DNA from: Eledone cirrhosa
Taxonomy: Eukaryota
Direction: 5' to 3'
Assembly (NCBI GenBank): GCA_964016885.1
Contig: OZ024756.1
Coordinates: forward strand, 34,968,001 to 35,032,000
DNA length: 64,000 nt
Of the stretch, positions 53,569 to 64,000 are shown piece after piece. The position numbers and the translations under genes are program-made. Within the stretch, counting starts at the first letter, position 1, and the number at the start of each line of letters is the position of its first letter. The notes under the pieces are model-generated. The model saw only the letters and a program-made list of their open reading frames with translations, made no database searches and was not told the DNA's origin.

Positions 53569-53915
53569 GGAGGCACATGGCTTAGTGGTTAGAGCATTGG
53601 CCTTGCAATCGAAAGGTTGTGAGTTCAATTCTCAGACCGGGTGATGTGTTGTTTCCTTGAGCAAGACACTTTATTTCACATTGCTCCAGTTTACTCAGCT
53701 GTAGAAATGAGATGATAGGGACTGGGTTCCCTATCATTCCACTGCAAAGTGGTCGTGGAGGTGCCACGGCAAAAAGCACCCAGCACTCACTGTAAATGAG
53801 GTTGGTGTTAGGAAGGGCATCCAGCTGTAGAAATCAAGCCAGAATCAGTTCCCGTCCCACCCTTGCAAGCAGGGAAAAGTGGACGTAAAATGAAATGAAA
53901 TGAAAATGAAATGAA
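53569..53915 (+). mobile_element. Full-length tRNA-headed CORE-like SINE with RTE-like tail
   Basis: A box TGGCTTAGTGG, B box GAGTTCAATTC, CORE-like TCCTTGAGCAAGACACTTTA...CAGCTGTAGAAATGAG, tail GGAAAAGTGGACGTAAAATGA. Confidence 0.9.
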
Positions 53916-54822
53916 GTAAATAAGGAACTGTAGATGGACACTGCCATAGAAAGAGAACCATGTTGTGAAGAGACACTTCAAGACATATCATATCTCTGAA
54001 ATATGTGATAACAGCACTACTACCACTACCAGCATTATTACTACTACTACCACCACCACAAACATTACCACTACGATTACCATTACCACCACCACTACTA
54101 CTATTACTATTTCTAGTACTACCATCACCATCACTCCAACCACCACTATTAACCATCACTCCTACTATGACTGACACGCATCACTACCACGACCACCTCT
54201 ACCCCTATGTTCATCATCATCCTTACCAGTTACATCACACAAACAAACTTTGTTTTCCAATTTCACAAACCAATAGGTCGTGCTGTGTACACACATGCAC
54301 ATGAATATGTAAACTTAAACCCACCCACACCACATGTGTTTATGTAGAATGTGGGATAGGACATAGAGCAAATTACACTACATAGAGAGCCTCTATATGG
54401 TTGCTTGACAGGCTAGAAATATCAACTAAATTTCCCTCAAATTACACGACCAACAGTGATAAAATGAAATGAAGCTTACAGCTCACACCTAAGTAGCTTT
54501 AGCTGGCTTCCTACTAGGTTGCATTTTATAGGAGGTTTCTTGTGGTCTTTTAATGATAAGGGCCCCCAGTCTTATGAAAAATAATGTGAAATATAGAACC
54601 TTGTTCAAGAGCACAATGTACCACCCTGTTCAGGAATCAAACCCATGAATTCATGATTGTGAGTCCATCATGGTAACCAATATGCCACACACCTTCACAG
54701 TCAACTGTCTTAAAGTAAAGACAAGGTGCACAATATAATCCCTAATGGTTATGGCTGGAATGTCATTGATCAAAGGTGTGCTGTCATGGCTGGAATGACA
54801 ACATAGATGTAAATTAAACTTC

Positions 54823-55051
54823 TTAACCCTTTAGTATTTACATTAATCTATATTTACTATTGTATTTTCGTGGTAAAGGCTTTGTCTTACACAATTATCT
54901 CACATAATATCGAATCTATGAGATTTTGATATTATTCATTTTGAGAAGACTACCTTAACATTGATATGAGGGGCCAGTTATGGCCGGTTTGAACAGAAAG
55001 AGGTAAGAAAATTCTGGCTGGATATGGCTAGTTTAAATGTTAAAGGGTTAA
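54823..55051 (+). mobile_element. piggyBac-type MITE family A
   Basis: TTAA|CCCTTTAGTATTTA...TAAATGTTAAAGGG|TTAA. Confidence 0.85.
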
Positions 55052-55444
55052 TCCAACAGCAATGTCAAAAGGAAAATTACATACATACACATAAATAGAT
55101 GCATGTACAGGCATACATACACACACACACACATATTCAGATACAGAGAAACACAAACTCACACAGACAAACAAGACACACATGGATACACATATACAGA
55201 CACACACACAAAGACACATACAGACATAGACACACACACTAGATGGCCAAGTTGAGATGACACTTCTCAGGCGAAACGGATGGGACAGGTAGGTGTGTTA
55301 TGAGATGTTATTGCCAAGAAGGTGATACAAGGGGATCCTAAGACATAGTATTCAGAGTGATGAAAATAGTAATAATGTCACTGCCCTTCCTCGGCACCAC
55401 CAAAAGAATGAGTCACATGACAAAATCAAAAAGTAACGACTGAC

Positions 55445-56282
55445 AATGACGATGATAATGATGAAAATAATGATGGTGATGAAGATAATGACAACAATTA
55501 TGATGATGGTGAAGATGATTATGATGATGGTGAAGATGATTATGATGATGGTGAAGATGATTATGATGATGGTGAAGATGATTATGATGATGGTGAAGAT
55601 GATTATGATGATGGTGAAGATGATTATGATGAAAATGGTGATGATGAAAATGATGATGGTGATGAAGACAATGAAAATGATGATGAAGATAATAATGATG
55701 ATTATGAATAGTGGTGATGAGGATAATGATGATGATGGTGATGACTATAATGATGACAATGATAATGATGATGGTGACGACAATGATGACACTGAGGTGG
55801 TGATGACAATTGCGATGACTAAAATGCTGACGACTGATGATGATGACTAAAATGCTGATGAGAATGATGCCGTACTGGAGGTTTTCTTACAAACTACACC
55901 CCCCACCCACCACCCCATATCTTTCCTCAGCCTGCAACATCTCTACCCACCCATTCCACCACCACCCCACCCTCCGGAAATGCTCTCAGGAGTGGGGAGA
56001 GGTGTGTGTACGTAATACACTGAGGGTTTTAAGTGTGTGTACTGGGGGTGGGGATATATGTAATCTACAAGTCACTGTTTTTGTTACTATAATAGTTGTA
56101 GCTGTTGCTACTATAGTAGTAGTAGTAGTAGTAGTAGTGGCAGTAGTAGTGGCAGTAGTAGTAGTAGTGGTGGTGGTAGTGGTGGTTGTAATAGTAGTAG
56201 TAGTAGTAATGGTGGTAGTAGTAGTAATGGTAGTAGTAGTAGTGGCAGTAATAGTGGTGGTGGTAGTGGTGGTTGTAATATA

Positions 56283-56315
<33 letters not shown>

Positions 56316-56405
56316 CAGTAGTAGTGGCAGTAGTAGTAGTAGTGGTAGTAGTAGTAGTAGTGGTGGTGGTGGTAGTGGTGGTTGTAATAGTAGTAGTAGT
56401 AGTAA

Positions 56406-56450
<45 letters not shown>

Positions 56451-56545
56451 CAGTAGTAGTAGTAGTGGTGGTAGTGGTGGTTGTAGTAGTAGTAGTAGTA
56501 GTAGTAGTAATGGTGGTAGTGGTGGTTGTAGTAGTAGTAGTAGTC
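55445..56545. repeat. (GAT)n and (GTA/GTG)n low-complexity tracts
   Basis: Trinucleotide-derived repeats that generate the poly-M/V/S/T ORFs. Confidence 0.85.
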
Positions 56546-56700
56546 AAGGAGGTGTGTAATAGGTGCCACAGCTCTATATAATGAACAAGTTGACAGTTCA
56601 TGACACACAGCCCTGTGATTGTTGTGAGAGAGACAGGGGTGTGGGTGGCTGTGGGAGTACCGATGCACTAATCAATGCATACACACATACGCACACACAC

Positions 56701-56770
<70 letters not shown>

Positions 56771-57193
56771 CATCATCATCGTCCAACCAATGCAAGCATG
56801 GAAAAATGGACGTAAAAATGATGATACATGCACATACATATATACAAACATATGCAGACACACACAAATATATATATACATACATATATATATATATCAT
56901 AAATACATATGCATTCATACACACAAACACATATATATATACATACACACATACATATGCATACACACACACACAGACATATATACATACATATACACAC
57001 ATGCAATTATATATATATATATATACACACCCGCGTGTCTGTCAGCATGCATGTGCATGTGGTGCATCTTAGTGCAATAATGGTGTGATGGTGGGGGAGG
57101 GTGCTAAGTGTGAGATACAGACAGAGAGGTGGGGGTAGTTGTGGGGTACTGACATGCAATAATCAGGGTACATACACACGTCTGTATGCCTGG

Positions 57194-57232
<39 letters not shown>

Positions 57233-58424
57233 TATAGGTGTGTGTGTATGTATATAGACACATCTATATATATATATATACATTTTACATTGAGTAATAT
57301 TGAAATGCAGTTTTTCTTTGTAAATTATATCACTGATTTAAAATCAATCATCATTTTCTTACAAAAAAAATGTGTGAAATGCAGCAAGGCGCGGGTAATT
57401 CGGCTAGTGTGTATATATATATGTGTGTGTGTGTGTGTGTATGTGTGTGTGCGTGTGTCTCTTTGGTATAGTGTAATAGTGTTGTGTTAAGGTAAAGATG
57501 CTACAGAACAAAGGAAAATGACACTAAATATTTAAATTACAAAAGTTTTTTTAAAAGGTTTTCTCTGCATCACCTCTGTTACTACCATTACATCACCCCA
57601 CCACCACCATCACCACTATAGCACCAACTACAACAACACCACCACAAAAACAACACTACACCAGCATACCACCACCACAACCACCACCATCATTGCTCAC
57701 TTTAATCTTCATCTTGATCCATTAGGAAATATTACATTGAAAATAACAAAAGGGAGTGGTTGGGGAGGGTGGGTGAATGTACATTGTAATGGCAGTGTTG
57801 ATGGTGATGGTAGTGTTGATGATGGTGGTGGTGGAGCGGTATTATAGTAGTGGTGGTGCTGATGGTGTGGTGAGTGGTGGTGTAATGTTATAGTATAAGT
57901 GGTTGTGGTGGAGCATTGTGGAGGTGATGGTAATGGTGGTGGTGACAATATAGTTATGGTGATAGTAATGATGAAGGTGGTGATGATGGTAATGATGAGT
58001 GAAGGTGATGATGTTGACAGTGGTGATGGTGATAATGGTGATAACATCAGCAGGAGCAACTTGAAACAAACAAAACAGGATTACATGGAAGAAATCAAAA
58101 CAAACAAAATGGCTGCCAACGTTTAAGAGGGAGGGGAAGTGTAGCAAGGGGAGAGGTGGAGGTGAAACTGTAGAGGAAGGAGGAGTGAGAGGGGAAGGCG
58201 AGGGGTGACTGGGATTTAAGAAAAAGGAATTGTGTGAAAAAACTTATAACAGTGAAGATTATGGTGATGTATTGATGATGATTGTGATGTGTGTTGATGA
58301 TGATGATGTCTGTGGTGATGGTCATGGCGGTAGAAGATAAAGACAGGAAATTATACATACACTATATATATACATATATATATAATGTAAATATAATTTA
58401 TATAGTCAATCAATTCGATTGCAA

Positions 58425-58476
<52 letters not shown>

Positions 58477-58562
58477 ATATAAATATATATATGTATCTAG
58501 GGGTTAAATCGGGTGTAACCACAGTAAGTAAGGTACTCAATACATAGTAGAGTATATAATAC

Positions 58563-58677
58563 TTAATATAGAAATGACTTCTACAGTAAGAGAACTGTTT
58601 CATTCGAAGGAAATCACCAGGAAGGCTTTCCTGATGATTTCCTTCGAATGAAACAATAGAAGCCATTTCTATATTAA
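58563..58677. ncRNA. Palindrome carrying two head-to-head hammerhead ribozyme cores
   Basis: Plus arm: GGCTTTC-CTGATGA-TTTCCTTCGAAT-GAAA-CAA-TA-GAAGCC. Minus arm: GCCTTC-CTGGTGA-TTTCCTTCGAAT-GAAA-CAGT tctctt ACTG-TA-GAAGTC. Confidence 0.65.
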
Positions 58678-58679
58678 TT

Positions 58680-58756
<77 letters not shown>

Positions 58757-58809
58757 GTAAATATAAATATAGTATATTTAATTTATATAGTCAATCAATT
58801 CGATTGCAT

Positions 58810-58854
<45 letters not shown>

Positions 58855-59100
58855 TGCGTGTGTAACAAATCTGAGTAAAACGAAAACAAAGTGTGGTGAA
58901 ACGAAGAAAGAGATGAAGGAGGAGGAGAAGGAAACAAGAGAAAGGGGGAGGAGGTAGTTGTTTAAGAACGTCAAAAAGAAAACAAAGGAAGTTTTAAGTG
59001 CCGTGGGGATGGCTTGTGGAAGGAAATGCCAATATATAATATATATATATATGTGTGTATATATATAAACACACATATGTGTATACTGTAATGTGTACAA

Positions 59101-59136
<36 letters not shown>

Positions 59137-59265
59137 TAACTATACTAACTAACACTACCTATGGAAAATTAACATAGTAGTTTATATAGATAGATAGAGG
59201 CTTCCTTCGGTCATGCCTAACCATGGGTTATATAGACAGATAATATTGTATAATATTATATGATA

Positions 59266-59298
<33 letters not shown>

Positions 59299-59382
59299 CA
59301 TACAAACGGCGAATGTAATAAGAGTGACAGCAGCTGTGATTTTAGATAGCACATGCACAGAGATTTACAGCTGGCTGGCCAT

Positions 59383-59425
<43 letters not shown>

Positions 59426-59564
59426 TATATATTATATATATATATATGAGAGAGAGAGACAAGTATATACGTTTTATAAAATATATTAACCAAGTTTACG
59501 GTGATATATGAGAGATCTACAAGTACACGGGGCAAGAGACCACTATATAGCAGTGTATGTATAA

Positions 59565-59613
<49 letters not shown>

Positions 59614-60064
59614 CTTCTACATGTATAGGTCAAGTTACCTCAATATTATGCCAACGTTTATGTTACACACAGGAACAATTGACAGTATATATACGTACTA
59701 TGGCTTTCACTTACCAACAATATAAGCATATATTAACCAGTTTGTGTATACACCCACACAGCTTGATATGTATGTATGCATGTATGATATATATATAATC
59801 ACACACACACACATATGTATGTGCGTGTGTGTGTGTGCGTGTGTGTGTGTGTTTGTGTACATGAATCCGATCGCAGCTGAAACTTCGAAGTCACTGTCAA
59901 CATTTTCCTTTTAATGTTTGAATGCCCTTACGTTTGATTATACGTAAAACACATCCACTAATGTGTGTATGTGTGTTAAGTATTTCCGCAGAAAAGGTAA
60001 AGGAAAGAGTGATCTATGTATTGTACAGAACTATTTAATTACATATAGTAATTATATAGATATA

Positions 60065-60425
60065 TTTCTTTATTAGCCACAGGGGCACAAAAGAAGGGGA
60101 CAAATACAAAGGGGGAAGTTTACATACAATAAAAACGTGTAAAATGTTATCACAGATGGAATTTAAAAGTTAGTCGATTTTCCCCAATAGAGGGAGACAG
60201 TTTATATGGGTAACACAGACCCCCGAAAAAAATGTGCAACCCTCATCTCCAGGAGTACGAAGAGCTTGTACTCCTTTCCTCTCCTCCTCCTTTTCCTCAA
60301 CCTACAGGCTGATATAGAGAGAAGGCCCATTCACTCGGGCCATTCTCGCCACTTTCACCCACCTTTCATAAAACTTGCTGGGGTACAGCACCTCTCTCTC
60401 CATCTTGATTCTTCTTCCAAAGATA
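60065..60425 (-). mobile_element. Tx1-type LINE 3' end (ORF2 C-terminus plus 3' UTR)
   Basis: Minus-strand GRRIKMEREVLYPSKFYERWVKVARMARVNGPSLYISL*, then a 3' UTR ending GGCTAATAAAGAAAT. Confidence 0.65.
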
Positions 60426-60661
60426 GGTAGATAGATAGATACATGCATATATATATGTGGGGGGGGGGGGCGTGTGTAAGGACTGGGGGTTAAAGTATAA
60501 GGCCATGTTAGCGACCATATTACATATAGACATATATATATAGAGAGATCTACGTAAACCGATGTACATACATTGTAATATTTAATCGGAGATATATGTG
60601 TGTGATGTATGGTGAGTGTATTGTGTATATTGTTGTGGATATATATTAAATATATACTTAC

Positions 60662-61191
60662 TTATCTTCGAATGACCGCTTCCACCAGTCGGAGGCATCA
60701 CTTTTGGTGATGCGGAAATTGTCTCCAGCGAAACTGCCGTTTGGGTAGATGGCCTTTAACTCTGCCAGCATGTGAGAGAAGACCAAAGAGAGTTTAGTAA
60801 GGTTTCGCCTGTAGTATGATTGTTCATCGAACATTTTCTCTTTACCATCTTTAAATAGGTTGATGGTGGCCTTGCATTTATTCATTAAGTTCTCGATGAA
60901 GATGCGGAAATATTCGCATTCATTGAGTGTGTGTAGTTTATCGTCGTACTTGGAACAAACCAGCTTCAGATGTTGGTAAGTGTCCGGTAAAATATCTAAT
61001 ATAAATGGTGGGCTGTTTCGAAGGTTCATGCGAGGCTGCTGGCATTGTTTTACCACTTTGTCCATCAGTTTCCATGATTTCTCGATGGTCTTTTTATCGA
61101 CGACTAATTTGGGGGGACCAAGAGCACCTTGGATGCGGTTAAAAAGCCCGCTGAAGTTGTGCGTGTTCCAAGGCTTCGACGGCAGCGCCAT
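60662..61191 (-). CDS. CBL: Cbl E3 ubiquitin ligase, coding exon 1 (TKB four-helix bundle and start of EF-hand region)
   Basis: Translation MALPSKPW...[44 protein letters not shown]...[25 protein letters not shown]...[18 protein letters not shown] matches the Cbl N-terminus. Start context aaaATGG; donor AA|GTAAGT at 60661 (phase 2). Confidence 0.97.
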
Positions 61192-62100
61192 TTTGATTAT
61201 CTTCCTGTTTTGTTTTTGTTTTTTATATTGTTGTTGTTGTTGGTTTTTCTGGCTACCTTGTTCCTACAGTGCCGGCACCGTTCCCAGCTTCCCCCGCACC
61301 AGACACTTACACTCACACTCGTACTTATACTGCTGCGATAACTTAATATCGCTAGAAAACTGGAGAGAACAGCCTAAAGCCACTCGACACACACACACAG
61401 CCAATATTATATTCACACTATCTCTCTAACACAGCCTATATTATAGCTACACTCTGTATCTCTCTAATACACACACAACCTATCTTATCGCCACACTATC
61501 ACACATACACACTGTATTATATTCACACTCTCTCTTTCACACACACAATCTATCTCACATACACACGGTTTATAATATGCTCACACTCTCTCGATCTATC
61601 TATCTATCTCTATCTCTCTCTCTCACACACACACACAGACAGACAGAGTCTATATTGTACTCACACATACAATCCAGTTAATATTTAAACGCCAGACACA
61701 CGGCTATACACATCCATAATACATATACTACACGCCCACACATATACTACACACCCAGCAGACGTACATACATATATACACGAGCACTATACAGACAGTA
61801 TACACCCACACAGTAAACAGCTTCTACTCACACAGCCATACATACATACAGGCATAACCAACAAACATTATATCGACATGTTGCTTATTATACAGCTTAC
61901 AGTTGAAACAAATTAGCGTGCACTTAGCCTTGATTTTGAAATGTTGCTCCAACAAAAATGGGTTTCTCTTAGGCCATTTACGTGTCCAGATTGCCAGGAA
62001 TATACTTTCGACCGTTTTTTAAGCCAATATCGTGTTATTATTGGCCATTTCTGTGATTCAACTACACTATGTGTGTGTTGTAAAGGAGAGGAAGACAGGC
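61192..62100 (-). promoter_or_regulatory. Probable Cbl 5' UTR / proximal promoter region
   Basis: Positional inference (directly upstream of the ATG); visibly more CpG than the intron body. TSS not identifiable. Confidence 0.4.
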
Positions 62101-62119
62101 AAAGAAAGCTTAGCTGAGA

Positions 62120-63560
62120 GTATCCTTACTACAACTCGGTCGCACTCTCTCTTCCCTCCCTCTCTCTCTATTACACACGCGCGCTCTCTCTATTACACAC
62201 ACACGCTCTCTCTTCCTTCCCTCTCTCTATTACACACACACGCTCTCTCTTCCTTCCCTCTCTCTATTACACACACACGCTCTCTCTTCCTTCCCTCTCT
62301 ATATTACACATACACACACTCTCTCTATTACACACACAGTTTCTCGCTCTCTGCCTTTGATTTACCAACCCACTCCTCCTTCACTCTTCTCTCTCTTTTT
62401 CTGTCATCCTCTAAATCACTCTCTCTTTTTGTCAATAACTATTCACCAAACTACTCTCTCTCTCTCTCTATTTCTCTATTTCTGCCATTCACTAAACCAC
62501 TCTTTTTCTTTTCTCATTCTGTCTCTCTCTCTCTCTCTCGTTCACCAAACCATCCTCGTTCTTACTTTTTTCTTTCCTCCGCTCTTCATTATCTATCCCC
62601 CTCTCTGTGTCATTCACCAAACCACTCTCGTTCTTACTCTCTGTCATTCGCCAAACCACTCTCGTTCTTTCTCTCTTTCTCTGTATTGCTCTCTCTCTCT
62701 CTCTCTCTCTCTCTCATTCATTAAACCACTCGTTCTCTTTCTCTTCCTTTGTTTAAACTCTCATTCATCAAACAACTCACTTCCTTCGCACTATTTTCCT
62801 ATCTCTCTCTCTCTCTCACTCCTTCTATTTTATTTTCCTCATTCCCTCTTTCTAACTCTATTTTATTTATACCCCTTCGTTTAATGTTTTATATTCACGA
62901 TTCTCACTCATTTAATTCTATCTTACTCTCATTTTCTCTTCCCTATTTCACTTACCCTCTTTACTTCCCTCACCCACTCTGACTCATTTCCTTACGCTTT
63001 CCCTCTCTCCACCTTTTTACTCAAATTCTCTCCTTCCGTTTTCTTTTTCTCTTTCCTCTTTCTCTCTAACACTTTTATTCTGTCTCTTCCTGTAACCCTC
63101 CCACTTACATCGTTTCTCCTCTCCCTCCCATTATCCCCCTTGCTCTCCTCCTCCATTCTCTCCATATTTTCCTCGCTCTCCCCCCTGTTTCACTCTCTCT
63201 CTCTCTCTCCATCATATCCACCCTCAATCTAACTGTTCCACATCCCTTCTTGCTCCTACAAACTGCACTTTCACGCTGTCTGCTGCTATATTTCATCTGG
63301 CCATCTTTTGATTTCTCCAAACACATTCTTTCAAACAACGTTCCCTCTCTTTCCTTCTCTCTCCTTATCGACCACTCATTTTCCCTATTCCCTCACACAC
63401 TGTTTCTCAGGCTTTCTCCTTCTTTCACTATTCCCCCTCAATCTCACTCGATCTATCTCTCTATCAGTCCTCAAAAACTCTCTTTCTCTATCTATCTACC
63501 AATCATTAATACGTACGCACTCATACACACACCCTCCCTCTATCTATCTATCATCTTCGT
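62120..63560. repeat. Long CT-rich polypyrimidine/polypurine low-complexity region
   Basis: (CT)n-dominated sequence with short internal tandem units, upstream of Cbl. Confidence 0.85.
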
Positions 63561-63942
63561 CCGTTATACTGAGAGAAAGTTTCAAGTCTTGGTCGTTAGT
63601 AAGTCTTCAATTCCTCGACATACGACCTTTCTGCTTTCTTGCTTCCATCTTTGACTTGTGACTCGTTCTACTGATGCAGTTGTTTAGTCCTAGTTCGTCT
63701 CTGGTCTCAAAGACATGATTAAAGATGTTCCAGTATTTGGCCATCCCGTCTTTTATTAAGACAATCATCATTACCATTTTACGTTCGCTTTTCCATGCTT
63801 GCATGGGTTGGGCGGGTCTTTTCCAGTACAGCTCCCCTCCACACTTTTTTTCTTTTTTTTTTTTTTTGCCATCCCCTCTAAGGGGTTCAGCAATTTGAGA
63901 TCAGCTCTCATCATTTCTACCCATGATGATTTGATTAATGAA

Positions 63943-64000
63943 GGTGCATGGCTTATTGGTTAGCGTTCAACTTACGATTATAAGATCGTGAGTTCGATTC
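63943..64000 (+). mobile_element. tRNA-derived SINE head (cut by the window end)
   Basis: TGGCTTATTGGTTAGCG...GAGTTCGATTC, homologous to the 53569 head. Confidence 0.6.

Noticed and set aside
53569-53640. tRNA gene
   Set aside because: The A/B boxes run straight into a multi-copy SINE body; it is a SINE head with no complete cloverleaf.
60980-61429. 149-aa plus-strand ORF
   Set aside because: Antisense shadow of Cbl exon 1 with no recognisable homology.
62032-63661. Ser/Leu-rich ORFs upstream of Cbl
   Set aside because: Translations of CT-rich low-complexity DNA.

Overview
AT-rich, microsatellite-dense animal genomic DNA. The SINE/MITE landscape looks like an octopus (coleoid cephalopod) genome; this is an inference. 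The only host gene I can support is a Cbl-family E3 ubiquitin ligase on the minus strand. Five coding exons (61191-60662, 12047-11901, 7344-7213, 2259-2122, 1642-1423) join in frame through GT-AG junctions and encode the TKB domain, the linker and most of the RING finger; the rest of the gene lies left of the window. The 48.6-kb first coding intron contains tRNA-derived SINEs, piggyBac/Tc1-mariner/hAT MITEs, LINE remnants (Tx1, RTE, CRE-like), a ~7.6-kb 33-bp minisatellite and a ~730-bp (GT)n run. Almost every other ORF in the track is a repeat artefact. The most interesting signals are: (i) a dispersed set of minimal type-I hammerhead ribozyme motifs in small Penelope-like elements next to (TA)n tracts, including a head-to-head palindromic pair and a variant with a long stem II; (ii) a 28S rRNA fragment fused to the 5' end of a SINE; (iii) near-perfect inverted SINE pairs that should form long dsRNA in the Cbl pre-mRNA; (iv) a Ser codon (AGC) at a normally Gly position that one A-to-I edit would restore.
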